Below are positions 28,624-38,884 of a DNA stretch of 64,000 nucleotides, one piece after another; position 1 is the stretch's first letter; each line of letters begins with the position of its first letter. The notes beneath the pieces are model-generated. The model made no database searches, was not told where the DNA came from, and was given only the letters and a program-made list of their open reading frames with translations. Made by a program: the position numbers and the translations under genes. Source of the stretch: Bdellovibrionota bacterium. GTDB lineage: Bacteria > Bdellovibrionota_C > UBA2361 > CALJRW01. The stretch spans positions 1 through 64,000 of the forward strand of contig JBGSMD010000015.1 of NCBI GenBank assembly GCA_041740355.1. Direction: 5' to 3'.

Positions 28624-29728
28624 GGTAAATCTTAGCCCAATCAGTCTTTCCCATTTGATCTAGCAAACCAGTGTACCACTCTCGCAAAACAACAGTTTTA
28701 ATTTGCCGAGAATTTAATAAATCTTGATTATTTTGCAGGCCACCAATCTGAATCAAACTAAGATTACTTTCTTGATTAACAATTTCTTTACTTGCTTGTA
28801 AAACCTGATCCTGAGCAAAAGATTTAATCGCCTGCCCACTCAGCCCTCCCTGATATTTATTTGTGTAATATTTCCAGAGTTTATAATCTGCTTTGGATAT
28901 ATTGGAATCAAAAACTTGATAATTTTTTTGAGTATTAGTTAATGCCAATCCATCAACTTGAAATTCAGAGAAGAGCCGAATGTTTTCTGGTATAGAATCT
29001 AAAGCTCCAAGCTTTAAGATAATAGGCAAATATTCAGCTTGTGAATTGCGAACCTGCATAATGGCCTGAAGCCTTTCAACAAATAAACCATGATCAGCAT
29101 TGTGCTCACAATTTGGGCAACTTTCATTAATTTCAATAAACTCAACAATCCCAACAGATCTTTTGATACAATCCAACAAACCAGAAAGTTGCTCTGCTTT
29201 ATTCTGCAAGGGATGTCCCATCAAACTTAGTCCGATTGGAAAATCTTGACGGGAAGCAGGGTATTTCTGTCGAAATTTTTTTATATTTTCCAGAGCTTGT
29301 TCCAATCCCTTATTTGGCAAGCCTAATGAGTTGAGTGCTGAACAAGAGGAACTGAGCGGAACCCAGGGATTAACCTTACATCCGAAGGCCGAGATTAAAT
29401 TTCCCTTGTTTGGTAGATTCAAAACTGTTCCCACAATAGCAAAACCAGCTCCCAATTTATAATTAAATTCGAGTAATGATCCATCCTTATCAAATCCAGC
29501 GGCATTCCCTAAATCATTTCGAAATAAAATTGAATTCTTAAAATTGGTTCGTGGATAAAAGCTACCCTCGATCAATGACATTTTCTTGGCATAATCTGAT
29601 AATAGCTTCAGATACAAATTCCGGCTTGCTGAATATAATTTAATGACTAATTCAGGTGGCAACCCTGCAGACATTAGGGGTCGCAATTTGTGCTCCAGGT
29701 GGGTAATTGCTTGGATTGGAATCATCAA
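28592..29728 (-). CDS. pyrD: Dihydroorotate dehydrogenase
   Basis: AAGFDKDG, NSLGLPNKG, EINESCPN, TNT, GGLSG motifs; divergent from pyrF. Confidence 0.85.
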   Translation of the reverse strand: MMIPIQAITHLEHKLRPLMSAGLPPELVIKLYSASRNLYLKLLSDYAKKMSLIEGSFYPRTNFKNSILFRNDLGNAAGFDKDGSLLEFNYKLGAGFAIVGTVLNLPNKGNLISAFGCKVNPWVPLSSSCSALNSLGLPNKGLEQALENIKKFRQKYPASRQDFPIGLSLMGHPLQNKAEQLSGLLDCIKRSVGIVEFIEINESCPNCEHNADHGLFVERLQAIMQVRNSQAEYLPIILKLGALDSIPENIRLFSEFQVDGLALTNTQKNYQVFDSNISKADYKLWKYYTNKYQGGLSGQAIKSFAQDQVLQASKEIVNQESNLSLIQIGGLQNNQDLLNSRQIKTVVLREWYTGLLDQMGKTDWAKIYPSAVANKGES

Positions 29729-29811
29729 ACGCGAGTATGATTAAAATTTTATTGCTTGTCAAAGAGATTTGAATGATTGACGTTTAATGCAACAATTTCT
29801 ACTATCTGACC

Positions 29812-30651
29812 ATGTATAATTTTCTAGATAAGTTGCGCCAAGCTACCGAACTAAACGACTCCTATGTTTGTGTTGGTCTTGATTCAGATTACAATCTAAT
29901 TCCTGAATTTCTTAAAGATTCAGCTAATCCGATTTTTGAATTTAATAAAAGAATTATTGATGCCACAGCTGATTTGGTATGTGCATATAAACCAAACTCA
30001 GCTTTTTATGAGTCTCAAGGGAAGCTGGGACTTGAAGCTCTTGAGCTAACTATAGAATATATTCCGGAAAATATCCCGGTAATCCTTGATGCTAAAAGAG
30101 GTGACATTGGAAATACTTGTGAGCAGTATGCCATTTCTTGCTTCGAACATTTAAAAGCCGATGCAATTACGGTTAGTCCCTATATGGGTTTTGATAGTAT
30201 TAGCCCCTTTGGCAAATATCATGGTACAGCAACATTTGTTTTAGTAAAAACATCTAATCAGTCGGCGGCTGACTTACAGAATTTGGAACTCGAAAACCAA
30301 CAACCTGTTTACTCAAAGGTTTGTGAATTATTAACTGAGTGGCAAAAAAGTTGCCCGGCTATTCTAGGAGCAGTTGTTGGTGCTACTTACCCTGAAGATC
30401 TGAAAATAATTCGAGAACTTTTACCTGACGCTCCACTTTTGATTCCCGGTCTTGGTGCGCAAGGGGGAGATCTTGTTAATACAATCTTAAATGGCCTAGG
30501 TCCAAATGGCACAGCACCAATTATTATTAATTCTTCGCGTGGAATAATTTTTGCCTCAAACCAAGAAGATTTTGCGGAGGTTAGTCGACTCAAGTGTAAT
30601 GAGTTCCGCAATCAACTTAACTCTTTTCGAATACCATTTAATCATCTCTAA
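29812..30651 (+). CDS. pyrF: Orotidine-5'-phosphate decarboxylase
   Basis: CVGLD, DAKRGDIGNT, GAVVGAT, LIPGLGAQGG, NSSR motifs. Confidence 0.95.
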   Translation: MYNFLDKLRQATELNDSYVCVGLDSDYNLIPEFLKDSANPIFEFNKRIIDATADLVCAYKPNSAFYESQGKLGLEALELTIEYIPENIPVILDAKRGDIGNTCEQYAISCFEHLKADAITVSPYMGFDSISPFGKYHGTATFVLVKTSNQSAADLQNLELENQQPVYSKVCELLTEWQKSCPAILGAVVGATYPEDLKIIRELLPDAPLLIPGLGAQGGDLVNTILNGLGPNGTAPIIINSSRGIIFASNQEDFAEVSRLKCNEFRNQLNSFRIPFNHL

Positions 30652-30658
30652 TTTGAAA

Positions 30659-31519
30659 ATGTCTGATCTAAACTGGCTGTTTGCTACTTCCGCTGTAAAA
30701 ATTGCTCCGGCGAATCTACAATTTTGGTATACTTCGGGCTTAATTGGGCCTTACTATATTAATACTCATTTTCTTTGTGGTGGTGAAGAACAAGCAATTG
30801 CTGTCTTAAACTTAATTGACGAACAAGCTGCTGATATTAAAAATTTTCCAACGATCATTACTCAAAAATTAAATGAAGTTTATAATAAGCATATAATCTT
30901 TCGCGAGCTGATAGATGAACTTGCTAAACGAGTTGGCAAACTAGTAAAACAAGAAAATATAACTTACATTTCAGGGGGTCAAAGACGAGACTGGTTTTTT
31001 GCACCGATTATAGCTGATAAGCTTGGTCTACCCTGCCTTTATATTTACAATGACTTAAAAATATTTGATCAGGCAGGTCAGGCTGTCACTAGTATACAAG
31101 GTGCCAAAGTAATTAATATCGCCGATCTACTAACGGCTGGATCTAGCTATACCGAGAAATGGCTACCAGCGATTGAGGCGATTAATGGCAAACTAGTTGC
31201 CTCAGCTAATATCGTCGACCGTTCTCAGGGTGGCCAGGCAAATTTAGAGGCTGCTGGAATTAACCATAATATTTCGATTTTTACGATTGATCTTGGTTTC
31301 TTTAAGTTAGCTTTAGAACAAAATTATATTAATCCTGCCCAACATCAAATCCTTTGCAGTTACTTTAATAATCAAGATCAGTCGATGCGTGACTGGTTAA
31401 TTGCTAATCCTAACTTTTTAGAAGATGCTCTCGGCTCTCCGGACCCTAAAATCCAAAATCGAGCTAAGACCTTAATTGAAAAAAACCTCTATTCGCTGAA
31501 CGATCATATTAGTCACTAG
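30659..31519 (+). CDS. pyrE: Divergent orotate phosphoribosyltransferase
   Basis: YTSGLIGPYYIN, PRPP-like ADLLTAGSS, VDRSQGG; start moved to ATG 30659, just after pyrF. Confidence 0.7.
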   Translation: MSDLNWLFATSAVKIAPANLQFWYTSGLIGPYYINTHFLCGGEEQAIAVLNLIDEQAADIKNFPTIITQKLNEVYNKHIIFRELIDELAKRVGKLVKQENITYISGGQRRDWFFAPIIADKLGLPCLYIYNDLKIFDQAGQAVTSIQGAKVINIADLLTAGSSYTEKWLPAIEAINGKLVASANIVDRSQGGQANLEAAGINHNISIFTIDLGFFKLALEQNYINPAQHQILCSYFNNQDQSMRDWLIANPNFLEDALGSPDPKIQNRAKTLIEKNLYSLNDHISH

Positions 31520-31574
31520 CCAATTTAAGAAAATAATATATTAATTCTTAGTAGAATTCGGCTATAATTGGCTA

Positions 31575-33059
31575 ATGGGCACCACCAATACGGATCTCCT
31601 CTTTGACTATTTAAATAGAATGAGAGAACTGCATGGTTATCAACCGCAGGCCACTCTTCAAACAGAGCTAATTAAATCGAAAGTCGCTTTTAATCACAAC
31701 TTAAGATTAGCAATATTAAAATCCGCTAAAGTGTTTGATAATTTAAGAGCTACTTTTCCGGAATTATTAAAACTTCCGGAAGTTGACGCGATAAAATTAC
31801 TGCGCTCAAATATTTTAAACTTCTATCCTGATCATTCTTCCTGTCCCTACATCCCAATTGCTTCCCAAGGTCCCTGGATTGTAACTTTTCATGGAGGCGT
31901 AATTTACACTTGTGGCGGCTATGGAATTTTAGGATTTGGACATAATCCAGAATTTATTCTGGAAATCTTAGCGAAAGAACAAACCATGGCAAATGTCATG
32001 ACTCCAAACATCAGCCAATATCGTTTTACTCGCGCACTTTTAAATAATATTGGATTTTCCAAATCTCCCCCATATCAACAATTTGCTTTAATGAATACTG
32101 GATCTGAAGCAGTATCAGTCGCGGCAAGAATCTCAGATGCTCACGCTAAGACTTTAACAGATCAAGGCAATCGTCATTTTGGAAAAGAAATAAAATACTT
32201 AGCTTTAGTCGGTGGCTTTCATGGACGAACTTATGACGCCGCCCAAGCATCAAGCTCAAGTTATAAAGCGTATCAAGCTACCTTAGCTTCCTATCGAAAT
32301 TCAAAAAAATTAGTAACAGTAATTCCGAACGATCTGGAATCTTTACATAAGGCTTTTGAGCAAGCAGAGAAAGATAACGTATATTTTGAAATGATGTTTA
32401 TGGAGCCAGTAATGGGTGAAGGTCGTGCAGGTTTTTCCATTACTCCTGAATTTTATTCCTTAGCTCGTAAGTTAACAAAGGAACATCAAAGTTTATTATT
32501 AGTAGATTCGATTCAGGCGGGACTGCGTTGTTATGGAGTTTTAAGCATTAATGATTATCCAGGCTTCGAAAAGTTAGAAGGTCCAGATTTAGAAACCTTT
32601 GCCAAGGCAATTAATTGTGGACAATACCCACTGTCTGTCCTAGCTATGAATGCTTACTCTGCAAGTTTTTACAAAGCAGGTATCTACGGAAATACTATGA
32701 CAGGTAATCCCCGTGGCCTAGATTTAGGATCGGCGGTTCTCGCTCAAATGACACCAGAAGTTCGAGCTAATATTATTGCCATGGGAGAAGAATTTAAAAA
32801 ATCCTTATTGGCATTGCAAGTAGAATTTCCCGATATAATTGAAGAAGTCTTAGGACAAGGCCTCCTACTTTCGGCTAAAATTAATGCTAAATATCCAGTG
32901 GAAGGCGAACATGGAATTGAAAATCAAATGAGATTAAATGGCGTGAATGTAATTCATAGTTCAGGTAATCGCCTTAGATTCACACCTTGGTTTTTAATTA
33001 ACAAAGAAGAAATTGATTTGATTCAATATTGCCTCAAAAAAGTAATTAAGAAACTATGA
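31575..33059 (+). CDS. Class-III PLP aminotransferase, probable L-lysine 6-aminotransferase
   Basis: TGSEA, FHGRT, EPVMGEG, DSIQAG, FAKA motifs; coupled to an ALDH7 gene. Confidence 0.8.
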   Translation: MGTTNTDLLFDYLNRMRELHGYQPQATLQTELIKSKVAFNHNLRLAILKSAKVFDNLRATFPELLKLPEVDAIKLLRSNILNFYPDHSSCPYIPIASQGPWIVTFHGGVIYTCGGYGILGFGHNPEFILEILAKEQTMANVMTPNISQYRFTRALLNNIGFSKSPPYQQFALMNTGSEAVSVAARISDAHAKTLTDQGNRHFGKEIKYLALVGGFHGRTYDAAQASSSSYKAYQATLASYRNSKKLVTVIPNDLESLHKAFEQAEKDNVYFEMMFMEPVMGEGRAGFSITPEFYSLARKLTKEHQSLLLVDSIQAGLRCYGVLSINDYPGFEKLEGPDLETFAKAINCGQYPLSVLAMNAYSASFYKAGIYGNTMTGNPRGLDLGSAVLAQMTPEVRANIIAMGEEFKKSLLALQVEFPDIIEEVLGQGLLLSAKINAKYPVEGEHGIENQMRLNGVNVIHSSGNRLRFTPWFLINKEEIDLIQYCLKKVIKKL

Positions 33060-34564
33060 ATATCAATCAATTTTTAACAGCAAAACATTTTGGAGCTTAT
33101 GGTGCGGAACCTTATGGTTTAGCAACACCAACCTTAAAATCGTTTTCACCAATCGATCACCGCTTACTAGCAACATTACCAGTTGCCTCCGCTGAGGATT
33201 ATGAAAAAGTTGTTAGTGACTTACAAAAAACTTTTCTACTTTGGAGAAGCCATCCTGCGCCGAAGCGCGGGTTAATCATCAGAGAGATTGGCGAAGAGTT
33301 GCGGCTCCTTAAAAATGAGTTAGCAGAACTAGTCAGCTTAGAAGTTGGAAAGTCCCTGGAACAGGCTAAAGGTGAAGTTCAAGAAGCAATCGATGTAATT
33401 GATTTTGCAGTAGGATTATCGCGACAGCTTTATGGCAACACGATGAAATCCGAACGTCCTGCTCATCGGATGATGGAGCAGTGGCATCCGCTTGGAATAA
33501 TTGGAGTAATCACAGCCTTTAATTTCCCAGTTGCCGTTTGGGCTTGGAACGCAATTATTGCCGCAGTTTGCGGCAATGTCATGTTCTGGAAACCGTCGGA
33601 ACTCGCGCCACTCACATCCATTGCCGTTAATAACATCGCTAATAAAATTACTAGCAAGCATGGATTCCCAGCTGTCTTTGGATTAATTATTGGAGATGGT
33701 CCGGAGCATGGTCAAAGAATTGCCGCCGATTCACGCGTAGCGCTTGTATCCGCTACTGGGTCCTGTGAGATGGGTAAATCAGTAGCCGAAACTGTAGGCA
33801 AAAGACTTGGTCGAACGCTTTTAGAACTTGGGGGAAACAATGCGATTATTGTAATGGATGATGCTGATTTAAAATTGGCTGTTCCGGCCATAGTGTTTAG
33901 TGCCGTGGCAACAGCGGGACAACGTTGTACAAGCGCTCGACGAATTTTAGTTCAAAAAAATATTCGCCTAGCATTAGAAGCAAAACTTATTGCTGCTTAT
34001 CAGCAAGTACGGATTGGAAACCCATTAGATCCAAAAACACTTATTGGACCACTAATTAATAAGAATGCTGTAAAAAATTATTTAAATACTGTCGAGCTTA
34101 GCACTGCACAGGGTGGACAGATTTTATTTGGTGGCAAAGTCTTGGAGAATTTACCTTCCGATCTTTATGTTCAACCTACTTTGATTGCGGCAAATAAAAA
34201 CATGTCGATTGTGCAAGAAGAAACTTTTGCCCCAATAGCCTATCTCATAGAGTTTAATGATTTAGCAGAAGCAATCGAATTACATAACTCCGTTCGCCAA
34301 GGTTTAAGTTCGGCAATTTTTACTACTAACTTAAAAAATGCCGAAATCTTTTTAGCTGAAGCAGGTTCGGATTGCGGTATTGCTAACGTAAATATCGGAA
34401 CATCGGGAGCAGAGATTGGAGGTGCTTTTGGTGGCGAAAAAGAAACAGGTGGTGGTCGGGAATCAGGATCCGATTCTTGGAAAAATTATATGCGACGCCA
34501 AACTAATACTATTAATTATAGTGATGAGCTTCCTCTCGCTCAGGGTATTAAATTTGAATTGTAA
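33056..34564 (+). CDS. ALDH7 family piperideine-6-carboxylate (aminoadipate semialdehyde) dehydrogenase
   Basis: PAPKRG, AFNFPVAVWAWN, LELGGNN, GQRCT, AEIGGAFGGEKETGGGRESGSD motifs. Confidence 0.92.
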   Translation: MNINQFLTAKHFGAYGAEPYGLATPTLKSFSPIDHRLLATLPVASAEDYEKVVSDLQKTFLLWRSHPAPKRGLIIREIGEELRLLKNELAELVSLEVGKSLEQAKGEVQEAIDVIDFAVGLSRQLYGNTMKSERPAHRMMEQWHPLGIIGVITAFNFPVAVWAWNAIIAAVCGNVMFWKPSELAPLTSIAVNNIANKITSKHGFPAVFGLIIGDGPEHGQRIAADSRVALVSATGSCEMGKSVAETVGKRLGRTLLELGGNNAIIVMDDADLKLAVPAIVFSAVATAGQRCTSARRILVQKNIRLALEAKLIAAYQQVRIGNPLDPKTLIGPLINKNAVKNYLNTVELSTAQGGQILFGGKVLENLPSDLYVQPTLIAANKNMSIVQEETFAPIAYLIEFNDLAEAIELHNSVRQGLSSAIFTTNLKNAEIFLAEAGSDCGIANVNIGTSGAEIGGAFGGEKETGGGRESGSDSWKNYMRRQTNTINYSDELPLAQGIKFEL

Positions 34565-34567
34565 ACT

Positions 34568-35731
34568 TTAGCGGAAAGCTGAGATTCCAGTTATACGTTC
34601 GCCAATTATCAGGGCATGAATATCATCGGTTCCTTCATAAGTTAAAACAGATTCCAAATTATTAGCATGGCGCATCGCTTGATATTCATCTGAAATTCCA
34701 TTAGCTCCTAAAATTTCTCTTGCTGTTCTGGCAATGTTAAGTGCTTCCCGCACATTATTACGCTTGGCCATCGAGACTTGTGAGTGATGCAGTAAATCTC
34801 GATCTTTTAACTTTCCAAGTTGATATACTAGACCTTGAGCTTTAGTAATTTCTGTAATCATGTCAGCTAATTTTTTTTGCACTAATTGAAATCCAGCAAT
34901 TGGCTTATCAAATTGCACCCGATTTAAAGAATAATTTAATGCTTCCTCATAACAAGCCATAGCCGCTCCAATTGCGCCCCAAGCGATTCCATAGCGTGCC
35001 TGATTTAAACATTTGAGTGGCGACTTTAACCCCATAGAATCTGGTAAAATATTTTCTTTGGGAATTAAACAATCATTAAAAACCAGTTCGCCCGTAATCG
35101 AAGCACGTAAAGACAATTTGCCTTTCATCTCAATTCCTAAAAATCCAGGAGTGCCTTTCTCTACTAAGAAGCCTCGCACTTCGCCATTTAGTTTAGCCCA
35201 AACTACTGCGACATCGGCGATCGAACCATTAGTTATCCACATCTTGGCGCCATTTAAGAGATAAGCATCATTAACTTCTTCTGCCGTCGTTATCATCCCA
35301 CTTGGATCGGAACCGTGATCAGGCTCAGTTAAACCGAAGCAACCAATCATTTCTCCAGTTGCTAAAAGTGGAAGCCACTTTAGCTTCTGTTCCTCTGAAC
35401 CAAAAGTATAAATGGGATACATAACTAAGGAACTTTGCACCGAGGCAAAACTACGAAGACCACTATCTCCCCTTTCTAACTCTTGCATGATTAAGCCATA
35501 AGCCACTGCACCAAGTCCGGCACCTCCATATTCTTCTGGTAAAGTTGAACCAAAAGCTCCAAGTGATCCAAGTTCCGCGACTATTTTTTTAGGAAAAGTT
35601 CCGGCACGATAATGCTCGGGAATAATATGCAGGATTTCTTTATCGACATAAGATCTAACCATGTCGCGAATTGAGCGCTCCTCTTCCGAAAGTAGCAGAT
35701 CAAAATTATAAAAATCAGCGCCATGAAACAT
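34568..35731 (-). CDS. gcdH: Glutaryl-CoA dehydrogenase
   Basis: ELERGDSGLRS, FGLTEPDHGSDP, NLESVLTYEGT motifs; ATG 35731 with GAGGAG RBS. Confidence 0.9.
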   Translation of the reverse strand: MFHGADFYNFDLLLSEEERSIRDMVRSYVDKEILHIIPEHYRAGTFPKKIVAELGSLGAFGSTLPEEYGGAGLGAVAYGLIMQELERGDSGLRSFASVQSSLVMYPIYTFGSEEQKLKWLPLLATGEMIGCFGLTEPDHGSDPSGMITTAEEVNDAYLLNGAKMWITNGSIADVAVVWAKLNGEVRGFLVEKGTPGFLGIEMKGKLSLRASITGELVFNDCLIPKENILPDSMGLKSPLKCLNQARYGIAWGAIGAAMACYEEALNYSLNRVQFDKPIAGFQLVQKKLADMITEITKAQGLVYQLGKLKDRDLLHHSQVSMAKRNNVREALNIARTAREILGANGISDEYQAMRHANNLESVLTYEGTDDIHALIIGERITGISAFR

Positions 35732-35795
35732 TAGATACACTCCTCAATAAAGATGATCTCATATGTTGCTTAGAAAATGAAGCTATTATCTTTGA

Positions 35796-35994
35796 TATCG
35801 TAATGACAAAAAATAATTTACTGCCTGCCTAGCCGAAGCTTCAGCGAAGGCTGGTTAGTAAATTAAACAAAGTCATTACGGCCAATGTAAATCTTGGATA
35901 AATCCCAAGTTTGCATAGCTAAAAACAACATAAATAGTGAGTCCAAGCAAAATCCTTGGTTTTTTAAAGTAATTTATTTTTTGGACTCACTATG
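35796..35994. repeat. Family-B two-hairpin element (inverted copy of 8581-8826 lacking one insert)
   Basis: Manual alignment with the reverse complement of 8581-8826. Confidence 0.85.
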
Positions 35995-36127
35995 TAAATC
36001 CTACTATAAATGAAACAAAGCATTTTAAAGACCTCGCTGGCTTCAAATCGACATAATTAAATACCTGCCTGTTTGACTCACTGATACACAAAATATATTA
36101 TTAGGGTAATATAAACTTGCCACTAAA

Positions 36128-36856
36128 ATGGAATTACCACTAACTAGTACATATTTTTTTGAACCAAAAAAACTGGAGATTCTTCCGACTAGAAACTATC
36201 TACCAAGTTGCCTATTAATTTCCTTTGCTGCTCATATCGCTTTATTTGCCTTCTTCTTATCTCCAGCAAAAAAGTTTCTTCTAGACGTTCCAAAAATTGC
36301 CCCGAGTTCTAGTGTTACTTTCCATATTTCACATCCAACCGTTACGATAGCTAAAACAAGCTCCCCAGTTATTAAGCAAGAATATTCTAAGCCTGTTTTG
36401 CCCAAAGCAATTACCAAGCCAGTTCCTATTCCCAGACCGGCAATTAAAGAGACCAAAGAAATCATTATTCCCGAACCACAAAGCGGAGCCTCTGAAGCGA
36501 CTTCAAGATCTACAAAAAAAGGTACTTCTGAGATTTCATCTGGGGGTATTGGACAAGTCGCATCTGAAGCAAAAACTAATTATGAAAGCGTCCTTGCTAA
36601 CTGGTTAGAGCGTTATCGTTCTTATCCTAGCCGAGCACTACGCCGAGGAATCACGGGTGAAGGACTGCTCTATGTAAAAATTAATCAAGACGGAAAAGTA
36701 TTAGAATTCAAATTAGAAAAATCTACCAACGAGCCAATGCTGGATGAAGCAATCTTTGCCATGTTAAAAAAAGCAGATCCACTTCCAGAAATTCCAGCTA
36801 TGTTTAATCTGACTCAATATGAATTTGCTGTTCCTGTTGATTTCAAAATAGACTAA
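36128..36856 (+). CDS. tonB: Energy transducer TonB family protein
   Basis: TM SxxxH motif, Pro-rich linker, YPSRALRRGITG..LDEA C-terminal domain. Confidence 0.85.
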   Translation: MELPLTSTYFFEPKKLEILPTRNYLPSCLLISFAAHIALFAFFLSPAKKFLLDVPKIAPSSSVTFHISHPTVTIAKTSSPVIKQEYSKPVLPKAITKPVPIPRPAIKETKEIIIPEPQSGASEATSRSTKKGTSEISSGGIGQVASEAKTNYESVLANWLERYRSYPSRALRRGITGEGLLYVKINQDGKVLEFKLEKSTNEPMLDEAIFAMLKKADPLPEIPAMFNLTQYEFAVPVDFKID

Positions 36857-37131
36857 ACTTATTTATTTCAAAATGCCTTAGTTCAAAGTGGATACATTTT
36901 TCCAAGTAGTCATTTTAATTCTTAATTGTTTTAGGATATAGGCATTTCAGACAGAGCGACTTCCCGAATCGCGCTAACTGCATTGATCTCTTACTAGTAG
37001 ACTAATTTAAAACCGGTAATTTACAATCTCACCTGATATCTGAGCAGGTTCATTGTGGCATTGGGGAATATTTGTCATTATAGATCTAGTCTACTGTCAA
37101 AAGATCCATTTCTGATTTACAAATTATAATT

Positions 37132-37416
37132 ATGCTGAAAACTTTACTACTAAGTCTGACCTTACTATTTTCTTCTTGTGCTTACATGAATATTAAAACT
37201 CCTTTAGATACTGATGTCTCTAATACGGTGCTCGGAGATAAACAAGGATCTGCCAAAACTCACTCGATTATGTGGTTAGTTTCTTGGGGCGATGGAGGCA
37301 CGGCGGCAGCAGCGAAAGATGGCAACATTAAAAATATTACCCATTTGGATGTTAGGTACTATACGATACTTTTTGGTTTGTATGCCGAGCGAGAAACTAT
37401 TGCTTACGGCGAATAA
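37132..37416 (+). CDS. TRL-like lipoprotein
   Basis: Lipobox FSSC; LVSWGDGGTAAAAKDGNIKNITHLD..TIAYGE. Confidence 0.8.
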   Translation: MLKTLLLSLTLLFSSCAYMNIKTPLDTDVSNTVLGDKQGSAKTHSIMWLVSWGDGGTAAAAKDGNIKNITHLDVRYYTILFGLYAERETIAYGE

Positions 37417-37418
37417 GA

Positions 37419-37739
37419 ATGTTTCTAAAAAACTGCCTCGTTTTAGTGATAATATTGACTACCAGTGGCTGTACTACCGGAATTTTATATACCGATATTA
37501 CTGAGCCTTATTGTACTAACATGAATAATACACCCCTATTGGCCCAAGCGAACAGTGCCCCTCTAAAGCAAATCAGCATTCCACAAATGCCTGGTGCACG
37601 AATTAGATGGAATACCAATACAATCAATGACATTGCCAAGGAAGCAGGAATTAGCAAGATTGCTTTTTGCGATCGAAAAATTTACCGAATATTACTTGGT
37701 CTCTGGGAAGAAGATTCAATTATTGTCTATGGCGAGTAA
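37419..37739 (+). CDS. TRL-like lipoprotein (paralog)
   Basis: Lipobox TSGC; GILYTDITEP, AKEAGISKI..D, IIVYGE. Confidence 0.75.
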   Translation: MFLKNCLVLVIILTTSGCTTGILYTDITEPYCTNMNNTPLLAQANSAPLKQISIPQMPGARIRWNTNTINDIAKEAGISKIAFCDRKIYRILLGLWEEDSIIVYGE

Positions 37740-37791
37740 AGTATAATTATACCAATTAAGCATTACAGAGAAACTTGGTTCGCTTCAGATC

Positions 37792-38589
37792 TTAACCAAC
37801 TCGAGTAAATGTTTCCTGGTTAAAAGTCGCTAGCTGAACAATCTTATCCTTTTCCACTGGGGGCTGACATCTTGCAACAACTAAATCTAAGTGTTCTTTT
37901 AGTTCTAAAAAAAAGTGCGGAGCAAACTGATAGTTAGGTTTATACTTTAAGTCTTCACTCAGCAGAATAATTGCTTTTTCTGCATGAGTAGAAACATCTT
38001 GAATAGTTTTTCTAACTAATAGTTCAGCACTAGGGCACTCCATACTAATTTGACTACAAAGATCGATTACAGCATTTAACTGTCCCGCATTATTCGATTT
38101 AAATAATTTATAAGCAGCAAACTCCGTTAGTAATCCGAGCATTTCAGCTAATTCTGGCATTACCTTACTTAAATCTGTACCTTCAGGAAATAGTTGTTTT
38201 ACGTTAGGCAATTTACAAGCAGCATCTTTCCATTCTAAATCAGGATTTAAATCGACCAAGACTCCACAAGCAATGTAGCCTGCTCCTAGTAGTTGATCTC
38301 GATGAGTACGACTAATTTGATAGGCTTGATCCTCTAATTGACTGGTCAAGAGTGGTAAGCCTGCTTCCCGCATATTATTAAAAATAGAAAAGTTTCTTAG
38401 ATCAACTTCTGAAAAACTTTTTTGTAAATTAATATAGGCTCTTAAATCAGCAGGACTGTAAGTAAGACAGTCGGGGGCAATTGTTTTCAGGTTATTATCA
38501 GGCAAGGGCAAAGAGATGGTGGATTCCTCCTCCCTTCGAGAACGACGATCGATTACTGCATATTCTCGCTCGGCTATTAATGCTGGCAT
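37792..38589 (-). CDS. Hypothetical protein
   Basis: 265-aa ORF with no recognised motif. Confidence 0.65.
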   Translation of the reverse strand: MPALIAEREYAVIDRRSRREEESTISLPLPDNNLKTIAPDCLTYSPADLRAYINLQKSFSEVDLRNFSIFNNMREAGLPLLTSQLEDQAYQISRTHRDQLLGAGYIACGVLVDLNPDLEWKDAACKLPNVKQLFPEGTDLSKVMPELAEMLGLLTEFAAYKLFKSNNAGQLNAVIDLCSQISMECPSAELLVRKTIQDVSTHAEKAIILLSEDLKYKPNYQFAPHFFLELKEHLDLVVARCQPPVEKDKIVQLATFNQETFTRVG

Positions 38590-38884
38590 ATTTGCGGGAC
38601 AAAAACGACTTAAATTTGAAACTAACGGTAATTTGGATGTTAAGATAGCCCTAAGGATTTAATATTTAAAAATTAATTTTGATCTATTCTAAATAACTAA
38701 AGTAACTGACTAATATAAATTTAATATAATTCTAGAAAAATAATCTTTTGATCTTCTCTCCCTTACGTTTTTTCAGTAGTCTGAATCGAAAGCTAGCTAG
38801 CAAAAACCTAGTCGAACAATCTTTCCTAAATCAAATCTTTACTAGAACATTCATTCTAGATAGTTCTTATTTTTCACTCAGACT

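Noticed and set aside
30551-30658. N-terminal extension of pyrE overlapping pyrF
   Set aside because: ATG 30659 just after the pyrF stop is the more plausible start
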